A stretch of 64,000 bases of DNA from Myxococcales bacterium (GTDB taxonomy: Bacteria > Myxococcota_A > Polyangia > Polyangiales > DASUME01). The stretch is taken from positions 1,376,001-1,440,000 of the forward strand of contig JASGJH010000001.1 in assembly GCA_047601445.1 (NCBI GenBank), given 5' to 3'. Numbering within the stretch: position 1 is the stretch's first letter; each line of letters starts with the position of its first letter. Positions 30,215 through 39,284 of the stretch are shown in pieces. The notes under the pieces are model-generated. The model saw only the letters and a program-made list of their open reading frames with translations, made no database searches and had not been told where the DNA came from. The translations under genes were made by a program, and so were the position numbers.

Positions 30215-31795
30215 TCACGATTTCGCCTGGATGAGGCCCATGGCTCGCTCGGCGAGGGCGGTGATGGTGAGCGATGGATTGACCCCCGGATTGGCCGACA
30301 CCGCGGCGCCGTCGATCACGAACAGCCCCGGGTAGCCGAACACGCGGTGCTGGGTGTCGATGACGCCCTCCTCGGCGTCGCGGCCCATGGCGCAACCCCC
30401 GAGGATGTGCGCGGTGGTCGGCGCCCCCACGACGGTCTCTGCGAACAAGCTGCCGAGCACACCGTTGACCTTTTCGGCGAAACGCTTGGCCAACGCCGAG
30501 GCCTCCGGGAGGTTGGCCGAGGGCGCACTCTTGGGGTCGTCGAGCTTGGACATCAGGCCCTCACGAAAGCCCGTGTAGATGCCGCGTCCGAGCTTCAGCG
30601 TGAGGGTCTCCTCGAGGGTCCTCATGTAGAGCAGCACCTGCGTCTTTTCGGCGTATTGCTTGATGGTGAAGGCGCGCGTCCAGCGGACCGGGTGGGCCAT
30701 CAGCTGGCCGATCGCCTTGCCGACGCGCACGAAGGCATTCTTGGCCGGCGCATGCGGGGCCATCAGGTTCCGGAAGAAGCTGGAGCCCGCGCCATAGCGC
30801 ACGGGCTCCAGGTGGCTGTGCTCGTCCGTGTGCAAGATGGATGTGATGGCGACGCCGCGGCTGAAGTCCTCGGGACTGTCTGGTGCCATCACGCCGATCA
30901 GCGACTCGTTGTTGGTGCGCACGCGCGCGCCGAGCTGCTTCGACAGCTTGGGCAAGCCCTGTGGGTCCTTCTGCATCGCGAGCAGGAGCGGCAACGTCCC
31001 CATGACACCGCCCGCGAAGACCACCTGATCGGCCGAGAAGGTGCGCGTGTCCGCCTGCGCCCCCGAACCGCGCGTCTCCACGCGGTAGCCTTGGCCCTCG
31101 GCCTTCGGCCGCACCGCGAGCACCTCGGTCTCGGCGAGGATCTCGGTGCCGAGCCGCTCCGCCAGATAGAGGTAGTTCCGATCGAGGGTGTTCTTGGCGC
31201 CGACGCGACAGCCGGTCATGCACGCACCGCACTCCGTACAACCCACGCGCGCGGGCCCCTTGCCGCCGAAGTAGGGATCCGCGACCTCCACCCCGGGTTT
31301 GCCGAAGAAGACCGCGACGTCGGTGGGATGGTGCTCCTCGGGACGCCCAATTTCCTGGGCAATCTGGGCCAGCACACGGTCGCCCGGGGTCTTACCGGGA
31401 TACGGCACGGCCCCCAACATGCGGCGGGCCGTCTGGTAGTGCGGCCCCAACTCGCGCTCCCAGTCGGCCAGATGAGACCACGAGGAAGCCTGAAAGAAGG
31501 ATCGCTTGGGCAAGGGCAAGGTGTTGGCATAGACCAGCGAACCACCGCCCACGCCCACGCCGTGCAGAATGGTAACGTGCTGGAGGAAAGTCATCTGGAA
31601 GATGCCGCGCGCGCCCAGCGCTGGCGCCCACATCCAGTTGCGAAACTCGGTGTTGTTGGCCGGAAAGTCGCGCAGCCCGAAGCGGCGACCCTTCTCGATG
31701 ACCAGCACACGAAAGCCCTTCTCGGCGAGGCGCAGAGCCGAGACGCTGCCGCCGAAGCCCGAGCCGATCACGATCCAGTCGTAGTGCTCTTGCAT
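30215..31795 (-). CDS. GMC oxidoreductase, cholesterol oxidase (ChoD)-like
   Basis: IGSGFGGSVSALRLAEKG, GVGGGSLVYANTL, CTECGACMTGCRVGAKNTL, TAHILGG, ANPGVNPSLTITA. Confidence 0.88.
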   Translation of the reverse strand: MQEHYDWIVIGSGFGGSVSALRLAEKGFRVLVIEKGRRFGLRDFPANNTEFRNWMWAPALGARGIFQMTFLQHVTILHGVGVGGGSLVYANTLPLPKRSFFQASSWSHLADWERELGPHYQTARRMLGAVPYPGKTPGDRVLAQIAQEIGRPEEHHPTDVAVFFGKPGVEVADPYFGGKGPARVGCTECGACMTGCRVGAKNTLDRNYLYLAERLGTEILAETEVLAVRPKAEGQGYRVETRGSGAQADTRTFSADQVVFAGGVMGTLPLLLAMQKDPQGLPKLSKQLGARVRTNNESLIGVMAPDSPEDFSRGVAITSILHTDEHSHLEPVRYGAGSSFFRNLMAPHAPAKNAFVRVGKAIGQLMAHPVRWTRAFTIKQYAEKTQVLLYMRTLEETLTLKLGRGIYTGFREGLMSKLDDPKSAPSANLPEASALAKRFAEKVNGVLGSLFAETVVGAPTTAHILGGCAMGRDAEEGVIDTQHRVFGYPGLFVIDGAAVSANPGVNPSLTITALAERAMGLIQAKS

Positions 31796-31841
31796 GGGCG
31801 GGAAGCTACCACGCGAAGGCCCTCGAGGAGAGCCACGGGCA

Positions 31842-34800
31842 TCAATCCACCAGTGTAAGGTCGCGTTCCACCGGCAACACTTCGGCCAGCTCGGTGAACA
31901 GCCCTTCGTACTCGGTCACGGCCACCATGGGCCGCTCCAGCACCACCAGCGCACGCGGCCCGTCGTTGTCTGCAGACAGCAACTTGAGCACGAAGCCGTG
32001 TTCCTCCACCTGCGTTTCCAGGGTCTGCAGGGTCGGGGCCGCCTGCGTCCCCACCGGAGCGATGCCGGAGGCGGGACGGGCAGTCATGAACTGATGCACG
32101 GCACGCCGAAGATCCTCGGGCAAGGCGCCATCGCCCGAGACGGCCTCCGGCGACTCGTTGCCCTCTACGAACACATAGGCACAGGTGGCCCCGGAGATCA
32201 CGCGCAGCTCCGACAGCATGGACCGCAGCCGTAGTCGAGGATTGCCGCCACCTTCGAGCGCCGTGGAGACGTCGTTGCCCTCGAGCTCACCGATGGAGTC
32301 GATGCTCGGCGCGGGATACGACGTGCGCGTCTTACGGATGTGGGCCTGGGCCACGCGGGCCGCGAAGGCGATCAACGAGGCGCAGCGCGAACGCTCGGCG
32401 GACTCGCGCAGCTCCAGCAGCGCATTGCGCAGCCAGCGCTTGTCGCTGAGCAGGGAGGCCATCTGCACTTGGCCGGCCTCCAGCAAGACCAGCGGCGCGA
32501 GCTCGCCCGCTTCGTCCATGCGCGCGCGCCAGTAGCGGAAGAGATCCTTGGCGTCTTGCTCACGCCCGAGCCCGGCCAATGCGATGGCCAGCTCGTACTG
32601 CAGCGGCGCGTACATCACGATGTATTCGCGGTCTGCTTCGGAGGTGGCGGCCAGCGCACGGTCGCAAATCTCCTTGGCGCGCGCGTACTGCCCCGCGTTG
32701 TTGTACGCCCCGGCGATATCGGCGTAGGCGTTGCCCCAGCCGATCACGCTGCGCGGAGGATAAGCCTCCAGGAAGCGCTCACCGAGATTGATCGCCACGT
32801 CGTGATCACCGCGCCGCGCGTGGTAGCCGATGCGCACCATGTCGCGCAGCGGCGACAGCGACGGGAGCTCCGCGGCCAGCACCTCGAGCCGTGAGAGCGC
32901 GCGCCGCGTGCCCACGAGATCGCCGTAGCGGGTGTCGGCCATGCCTTCGATGGGCACCGCGAACCACTCGATCTGCCAGGTCGTTCCGCCCTGGATGCCA
33001 TGCAGATCGATTAGCCGACGGTAGTGCTCCGTGCGTTCCCGATCGCCCCGTACCAGGTAGTAAGTCATGCGGATGCGCTGGGCCGAGGCGTGAGCCAGGC
33101 GGGTACCGAGCGCTTCGATCTCGTCGGCGCGCTTCAGTGCCTCGGAGCCGATCCGGAAGGACTCATTGATCGCGGAAGCGAGCATCAGCCCCACGCGCAG
33201 GTCGAGTCGATCGGGTTCGGTCACGCCCACCAGCGGCGCACGCAGCGCGCGGAGCGCCTCCTCGAATGCCAGGCTCAGCTCACCCTCGCGGCCCAGCGGC
33301 TGCATGGCGAACGCCTTGCAAGCCAGGTGAGCCGCGGGCAACGCGGTGCCGTTCATGCCCTCGCCTGGCGCGATTTGATCCAGCACCCACTGGGCGCCGG
33401 CGCGGTCGAGAGCGGTGGCGCGCACCCCCATCAAGCCCATCACACAGCGTCCGAACAGGACCAGTGACTGGTAGGGGCTCGGCGCGCGACGGGTCTCCGA
33501 CGTGAACGGCCTGCGCACGATGGCCAGCAGCAGACACAACCACACTGCGATGCGTGTGCCCAGGAAGCGCCGCACCTTGCGCGCCCAGTGCAGGCCGGAG
33601 AGCGAGGCCAGCTTGGTGATGGTGTCCTCGCCGTACTTGAGAGCGAGCCGATAGTCGAAGAGGTAGCCCGCCAGCACCAACACCTGGCGCAACGGGAGGC
33701 TCTTCTTGCTCGGCGCCCCAAGCCGCTCGTACACCTCGAGCGCGCGCTCCATGGCAGGGATGACCGTACCCCAGGCCTTACCCTGACGCGCCAGCTCCGG
33801 GCCCACCTCGGCCAGGAGGTCGGCACCGCGCAACTCATCGTCGGTGCGCACCAGATGGGCGCCCGCCTCAAGGCGGCGCTCGAGCGTGGGCGGCAGCGAC
33901 AACAACACCGTGGAGAGCTGTCGATGGATGGCCTTCTTGCGCGCCTCGCTCATCGTCTGCTGCACAGCATCGCGCAGGGCGCCCTGCGCGAACGCAAAGC
34001 CGGCGCTGGCGCCCACGAAGACGCCTGCCGCCACCAGCTCGTCGAGCGCCGACAAGGTCTCTTCGCTGGCGGACCCGCTGATCTGCATGCATAGGTCGAG
34101 CGGCACGTCGCGCGCCATCAACGCCACGATCTCGGCCAGCGAGCGCGCCATCGGGCTCAACCCCTCGAGGCGCAGCGCCAAGGTCTCGGCCAGGCCCTGC
34201 GGCATGCGCTCGGTGATCTCGCCCTCGGGCAACACCCAGGTCCCCTCGAGGTAACGCAACTGTCCACGGTTCACGAGCAGCTGCGTGAGCTCCATGGTCA
34301 GGCCCGGATTGCCGCGCGCTCCTCGGTCGAGCCAATCCACCAAACGCTCGAGGTTGGGTACCTCGCCGAGCAAGCCCGACACCATCTCGCGCACCGCTGC
34401 CGCGTCCAGGGGCCCCAGGCGCAGCAGCTCGGACTGCTCGCGGAACGAGGCCAGCGCGCGCTCAGCGGCCGGCTTGCGGTCGGTGTTGACCGACGCCACC
34501 ACCAACATGTTCAGCGCGCTCGTCTGGTGCGCCAGGCTCGCCACCAGCGAGGCCGAGAACTCATCCGCCAAGTCCAGGTCGTCGACGACCAGCAAGAGCG
34601 GCCGCTCGCGCGCCACCCGCAAGAAGCTCTCGGCCAAGCGCACCTGCTCGCGCGCGCGCTCCTCGAAGCCGCTCATGTTCTCGGCGCCGCCGCCCTGGCC
34701 CGAGAGCGAGACCTCGAGCTCCGAAGAAGGCGGCTGCACCCTCAGGCCGCCTTCCGTGCCCGGCACCGAACGCTCCAGGGCGCGCCGCAGCTCACGGGCC

Positions 34801-35876
34801 AGGAGCTGCCCGCCCTGCTCGCTTGCGCCGAAGCCGCGCAGCGTGAGCACCCCGCGCGTCTGGGCCAGCACCGACACTTCATTCAGCAAACGGCTGCGCC
34901 CGATGCCTGTCGCGCCCTCGACGAGCACCGCACCGCCGAGCCCGCGGATACTGCGCTCGAGCAAAGCACGCAGCGTGGTGAGCTCGTTGTCGCGGCCGTG
35001 CAGCTCGGCGCTCGTCAGGTAGCTCTGAGCCACCTCCACCGAGCTCTCGGGTTCGAGCTCGGCGATGGCGTTGAGCTGCTCGATCACATCGGCTGCGTTC
35101 GGAGGACGCTTCAACGCATCGAGCTCGAGCAAAGACATTACCAGCGCATCGAGCGACTCCGGCACATCCGGCACGCGCGAACGCAGGCGCTCGATGGGGA
35201 TGGGCCACAGCTTGGGCAGGTCATCGAGCTTGCTTGCCGGATAGGCGTGCTCTCCGCTGAGCAGCCAATATGCGAGCGCTCCCAGGGAATACAGATCGGC
35301 GCGCTGATCCAGGAAGGCGCACTCCGCGGCTTCCGGCGGCACGAAGGGGGCCGTGCCCGCCACGTTGGGAGGCACACCGAAGGGTGCCATCGCGCCGAAG
35401 TCGAGCAGCTTGCAGCGGCCATCTTCGGTGCGGCGCACGTTGCGCGGGCTGAGGTCGCGGTGAAGCAAGCGCTGGGCATGCAGGAGCGCCAGCGAGGAGG
35501 CCACGTCGCGCAGGTAGCTGCAGGCTTCCCGGTAGTGCACGGGGCCCACGTCGCGCAGGTCCTTCCCGTCGAGCAGCTCCATCGTGTAGTACGGCACGCC
35601 GTCGAAGATGCCGAAGTCACGCACCTGGATGATGCGGGGGTGCTTGAGTCGCGACAGGGCGTGGTACTCGGCCCGAAAGTGCGCCAGGGCCTTGGGGCGC
35701 TTCAGCTGCCCATCCTTGACCCGCTTGAGCGCCACGCTGTCGCCGGTGGCCAGGTCCCGCGCCAGGAACACCTCGCCCATGCCGCCTTTGGCGAGGGGAC
35801 GGAGCAGCTCATAACGCCCCGCGATGAGGGCCTCGGTCGGCCCTTGGGGCGAGTCAGGTCGGGAACCCGAACGCAT
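31842..35876 (-). CDS. Ser/Thr protein kinase with P-loop (AAA/STAND-like) and helical domains
   Basis: AKGGMGEV, VALK, HRDLSPRN, DFG, DLYSLG; GATGIGRSRL, VVDDLD, GNPG. Confidence 0.9.
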   Translation of the reverse strand: MRSGSRPDSPQGPTEALIAGRYELLRPLAKGGMGEVFLARDLATGDSVALKRVKDGQLKRPKALAHFRAEYHALSRLKHPRIIQVRDFGIFDGVPYYTMELLDGKDLRDVGPVHYREACSYLRDVASSLALLHAQRLLHRDLSPRNVRRTEDGRCKLLDFGAMAPFGVPPNVAGTAPFVPPEAAECAFLDQRADLYSLGALAYWLLSGEHAYPASKLDDLPKLWPIPIERLRSRVPDVPESLDALVMSLLELDALKRPPNAADVIEQLNAIAELEPESSVEVAQSYLTSAELHGRDNELTTLRALLERSIRGLGGAVLVEGATGIGRSRLLNEVSVLAQTRGVLTLRGFGASEQGGQLLARELRRALERSVPGTEGGLRVQPPSSELEVSLSGQGGGAENMSGFEERAREQVRLAESFLRVARERPLLLVVDDLDLADEFSASLVASLAHQTSALNMLVVASVNTDRKPAAERALASFREQSELLRLGPLDAAAVREMVSGLLGEVPNLERLVDWLDRGARGNPGLTMELTQLLVNRGQLRYLEGTWVLPEGEITERMPQGLAETLALRLEGLSPMARSLAEIVALMARDVPLDLCMQISGSASEETLSALDELVAAGVFVGASAGFAFAQGALRDAVQQTMSEARKKAIHRQLSTVLLSLPPTLERRLEAGAHLVRTDDELRGADLLAEVGPELARQGKAWGTVIPAMERALEVYERLGAPSKKSLPLRQVLVLAGYLFDYRLALKYGEDTITKLASLSGLHWARKVRRFLGTRIAVWLCLLLAIVRRPFTSETRRAPSPYQSLVLFGRCVMGLMGVRATALDRAGAQWVLDQIAPGEGMNGTALPAAHLACKAFAMQPLGREGELSLAFEEALRALRAPLVGVTEPDRLDLRVGLMLASAINESFRIGSEALKRADEIEALGTRLAHASAQRIRMTYYLVRGDRERTEHYRRLIDLHGIQGGTTWQIEWFAVPIEGMADTRYGDLVGTRRALSRLEVLAAELPSLSPLRDMVRIGYHARRGDHDVAINLGERFLEAYPPRSVIGWGNAYADIAGAYNNAGQYARAKEICDRALAATSEADREYIVMYAPLQYELAIALAGLGREQDAKDLFRYWRARMDEAGELAPLVLLEAGQVQMASLLSDKRWLRNALLELRESAERSRCASLIAFAARVAQAHIRKTRTSYPAPSIDSIGELEGNDVSTALEGGGNPRLRLRSMLSELRVISGATCAYVFVEGNESPEAVSGDGALPEDLRRAVHQFMTARPASGIAPVGTQAAPTLQTLETQVEEHGFVLKLLSADNDGPRALVVLERPMVAVTEYEGLFTELAEVLPVERDLTLVD

Positions 35877-36082
35877 GTTTCCGCTCAGTATTTCACGATT
35901 TTGCCCGGTCAACGACCCCACATGTGGGCAGACGGGACCCGATCTCCTGGCCGTTTCGTGGTGAGCAGACGAAAGCGTGAAGAGCCCTCCAATTCCGAGG
36001 CGATCTTCCTGAGGGATCCCGGCTATGTCCCGGGGGCTCAGCGCCCTGCGCAGCCCCTGCCAGACATGGTACGAAGGGGCCC

Positions 36083-37537
36083 ATGCCGATCCGGACCGCC
36101 AACGAGTACATCGACAGCCTGCGCAACCGAAAACTCCGTGTGTATTTGTTCGGAGAACTGGTCGAGGACCCGGTCGAGCACCCCGTCATTCGCCCGTCCA
36201 TCAACGCCGTGGCCGACACCTACGCGCTGGCCGAGGAAGACCCGGAGCTCGCCACCGCCAGCTCCAAGTTGACTGGCCAGCGAGTCAACCGCTTCCTCCA
36301 GGTCACCGAGAGCGTCGATGACGTGGTCATGCAGAACCGCATGCAGCGCAGGCTCGGCCAGCGCACTGGCACCTGCTTTCAGCGCTGCGTCGGCATGGAC
36401 GCCATCAACTCGATGTTCTCGGTCACCTACGAGATCGACCAGAAGCACGGCACCGAGTACCACGCGCGCTTCGTCGAGTTCGTGAAGCACATGCAGCGCG
36501 AAAACTTCGTGGTGGGCGGCGCGATGACCGACCCCAAGGGCGACCGCAGCAAGGCTCCCCACGAGCAGGAAGATCCGGACCTGTTCTTGCGTGTGGTGGA
36601 GCGCCGGCCCGACGGCGTGGTGATCCGCGGTGCCAAGATGCACCAGACGGGCAGCTTGAACTCGCACTGGCTGGTGGTGATGCCGACCATGCGCCTCGGC
36701 GAGCAAGACAAGGACTACGCCATCTGCGCGGGCATCCCGGTGGACCACCCGAACATCGCTTACATCTATGGGCGCCAGAGCTGCGACGAGCGCGCGCTGG
36801 GCGGTGAGATCGATGCCGGTAACGCGCAGTTCGGCGGCCAAGAAGTGATGATCGTGTTCGAGGACGTGTTCGTACCCAACAGCCACGTCTTCATGAACGG
36901 CGAATGGAGCTTCGCGGCGAGCTTGGTGGAGCGCTTCACCGCCTACCACCGGCGCAGCTACGTGTGCAAGACGGGCCTGGGCGACGTGCTGATTGGCGCG
37001 GCGGCTGCCATCGCCGACTACAACGGCGCCGACAAGGCCTCGCACATCAAGGACAAGCTGGTGGAAATGACCCACCTCAACGAGACCATCTACAGCGCCG
37101 GCATCGCGTCGTCGCACGAGTCCAAGCGCACCCAGGCCGGCAACTTCCAAAACGACGAAATGCTCGCCAACGTGTGCAAGCACAACGTCACGCGCTTCCC
37201 CTACGAGATCGCGCGCCTCGCCCAGGACATGGCCGGCGGCCTGATGGTGACGCTGCCCTCCGACCAAGACTTCAAGAACCCCGCGACCAAGCCGATCCTC
37301 GAGAAATACTTGAAAACCCGGCCCGGCGTGTCGGTCGACAACCGGCGGCGCGTGCTGCGCCTGATCGAGAACATGACCATGGGGCGCAACGCCGTCGGCT
37401 ATCTGACCGAGTCGATGCATGGAGCCGGCTCGCCGCAGGCCCAGCGCATTCAGATCGCGCGCCTCTCGGACCTGCCCGGCAAGAAGAAGCTGGCCGAGAA
37501 GCTCGCGGGCGTGAAGCCCGACGGCGACAAGAAGTAG
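36083..37537 (+). CDS. abfD: 4-hydroxybutyryl-CoA dehydratase ([4Fe-4S]/FAD)
   Basis: TCFQRCVGMDA (two Cys), YHRRSYVCKTG (His and Cys ligands), GAMTDPKGDRS, GGQE, ESMHGAGSPQAQR. Confidence 0.92.
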   Translation: MPIRTANEYIDSLRNRKLRVYLFGELVEDPVEHPVIRPSINAVADTYALAEEDPELATASSKLTGQRVNRFLQVTESVDDVVMQNRMQRRLGQRTGTCFQRCVGMDAINSMFSVTYEIDQKHGTEYHARFVEFVKHMQRENFVVGGAMTDPKGDRSKAPHEQEDPDLFLRVVERRPDGVVIRGAKMHQTGSLNSHWLVVMPTMRLGEQDKDYAICAGIPVDHPNIAYIYGRQSCDERALGGEIDAGNAQFGGQEVMIVFEDVFVPNSHVFMNGEWSFAASLVERFTAYHRRSYVCKTGLGDVLIGAAAAIADYNGADKASHIKDKLVEMTHLNETIYSAGIASSHESKRTQAGNFQNDEMLANVCKHNVTRFPYEIARLAQDMAGGLMVTLPSDQDFKNPATKPILEKYLKTRPGVSVDNRRRVLRLIENMTMGRNAVGYLTESMHGAGSPQAQRIQIARLSDLPGKKKLAEKLAGVKPDGDKK

Positions 37538-37561
37538 AACTCAGCCCTCGTTCTTTTCACC

Positions 37562-37640
37562 GGGAGGTCACGCGACCTCCCCGCCCTTCGCGGTAAAGCC
37601 GCGCCGGGACCCCCCCGCGGGGTTCGCTTCGCTCACGAAG
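37562..37640. repeat. Hairpin cluster (REP-like or bidirectional terminator) between convergent genes
   Basis: GGGAGGTC-ACGC-GACCTCCC, CGCGG-TAAAG-CCGCG, CCCCGCGGGG. Confidence 0.5.
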
Positions 37641-37643
37641 TGC

Positions 37644-38267
37644 CTAGCCCTCGTTCATCAGGGCGCAGTAGCCGTCGGAGTCGATGCCGAGCGGTTTGGC
37701 CATGCGCAGGAGGTACGTGGCGAACGCCTGGAGCCAGGTGATCTCCACGATCTCGCGATCGGTGAAGCACGCCTTGAGGGCGGCGAAGGTCGCGTCCGTG
37801 GCCACGCCGGCGTGGGCGATTTCCTCCACGTAGACCAGCGCGGCGCGCTCGCGCGCATTCAGCACCTTGCTGTCGGCGATGGACCCGCCCAGCGCCTTGA
37901 GCTTCTCGCGGTTGGTCTTCGTCCGCATGGCCTGCGCCAGGTGCATGTCATGGCAGAACGAACAGCCGTTGACCCCGGCCACGTGCACCTCGATCAGATT
38001 GCAGAGCTCCTTCTCCAGGCTCAGACCGCGATCCATCAAGTGGTAGAAGGGCAGCGAGCGCCACAGCAGCGTGGGCAGGCGCGCGTAGATCACGCGGGCA
38101 GGCATCATGGCCTTACCGAAGGTGCGCCGGACGAACCAGTTGAAGAGCCGCACCAGCAGGCTCTTGGGTCGGTCGATGGGCGCGAGGCGTAGCGAGCTGC
38201 CCGGCTCGACTTGGGACATTTCTGGGACGCTGACCGTGCTCGGCGTGGCAGTGTTGTTCAGGACCAT
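37644..38267 (-). CDS. Carboxymuconolactone decarboxylase/AhpD-family protein
   Basis: GGAGGA RBS; VNGCSFCHDMH, ERAALVY, FTDREIVEI. Confidence 0.88.
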   Translation of the reverse strand: MVLNNTATPSTVSVPEMSQVEPGSSLRLAPIDRPKSLLVRLFNWFVRRTFGKAMMPARVIYARLPTLLWRSLPFYHLMDRGLSLEKELCNLIEVHVAGVNGCSFCHDMHLAQAMRTKTNREKLKALGGSIADSKVLNARERAALVYVEEIAHAGVATDATFAALKACFTDREIVEITWLQAFATYLLRMAKPLGIDSDGYCALMNEG

Positions 38268-38286
38268 GTTGGTTCCTCCACCCACA

Positions 38287-38314
38287 ACACGCTCTCACCG
38301 GGGCAAAGGTTACG
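38287..38314 (-). promoter_or_regulatory. ECF41-type target promoter of the CMD gene
   Basis: Minus strand CGTAACC-N16-CGTGT, resembling the ECF41 consensus TGTCACA-N16-CGTC. Confidence 0.6.
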
Positions 38315-38369
38315 GGTTGCCCTAAAATTCTCGGCACTCGGCCACAACCCTCCGGAAAGGCGCGCAATT

Positions 38370-39278
38370 TTGTCCCTCAACGCCGCGTTCGAGTCGCATC
38401 GTGAGCTGCTCTTCCGACTCAGCTATCGGATGACGGGCAGCACCGCCGACGCCGAAGACATCGTGCAGGACACCTTCGCTCGGGCCCTCGAACGTCCTCC
38501 CATCGAAGACGACCGCGACCTCAAGCCCTGGCTGGTGCAAGTGGCACTCAATCTCGGCCGCGATCACCTGCGTCGCCGCAAACGTCTGGGCTACACCGGT
38601 CCGTGGCTCCCGGCGCCGCTCGAGACGGAGGGCGCCGACGACGCCACGCCGAGCCACCCGGAGGCTCGCTACGGTGAACTCGAGAGCGTCTCCCACGCGT
38701 TCCTGGTCGCCCTCGAAGCCCTTACGCCCGCCCAGCGCGCCTGCGTGATCCTGCGCGACGTGCTCGGACACTCGGTGAGCGAGGCGGCCACGCTGCTGCG
38801 GGTCTCGGAAAGCAACCTCAAGACCATGCACCACCGCGCACGAGCCAAGCTCTCCGAGTACGACGCACAGCGGGTGCCGCTCACGCGCGAGCTCCAGGGG
38901 CGCACGCGCGAGGCCCTGGTGAAGCTCTTCATGAGCCTGCTAGCGGGCGACGTGGCCTCACTCGAGTCCATGCTTGCCCAGGACGTGATGGCGATCAACG
39001 ACGGCAACGGCGAGTATTTCGCGGCCCGGGTGCCGCTGCTCGGCCGCGAGCGGGTGATCAAGTTCCACATCAAGGTCGGCGCCAAGCGTGGCTCGCCAGC
39101 GTTCGCCATCCGTCAGATCAACGGCTTGCCCGCGGTGGTCTGCGAGTTCTTCCGCCACGTCGACGGCATGGCCCCGCGCGCCGTCATCGCGCTGGTGCTC
39201 GATCGACAGGGTCACGTGCGCTGGCTCAACACCACCGTGGCCTCGGGGAAGTTGAGCCGTCTGCGCTTCGACATCTGA
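38370..39278 (+). CDS. ECF41 (SigJ-like) sigma factor with C-terminal SnoaL-like extension
   Basis: YRMTGSTADAEDIVQD, YTGPWLPAP, LEALTPAQRA, NDGNG, INGLPA. Start at TTG 38370 uncertain. Confidence 0.88.
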   Translation: MSLNAAFESHRELLFRLSYRMTGSTADAEDIVQDTFARALERPPIEDDRDLKPWLVQVALNLGRDHLRRRKRLGYTGPWLPAPLETEGADDATPSHPEARYGELESVSHAFLVALEALTPAQRACVILRDVLGHSVSEAATLLRVSESNLKTMHHRARAKLSEYDAQRVPLTRELQGRTREALVKLFMSLLAGDVASLESMLAQDVMAINDGNGEYFAARVPLLGRERVIKFHIKVGAKRGSPAFAIRQINGLPAVVCEFFRHVDGMAPRAVIALVLDRQGHVRWLNTTVASGKLSRLRFDI

Positions 39279-39284
39279 GTGGGC

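Noticed and set aside
36083..37537. Calling the gene HpaB, or taking it as evidence of autotrophy
   Set aside because: The Fe-S ligands indicate AbfD; no other carbon-fixation genes are in the window.
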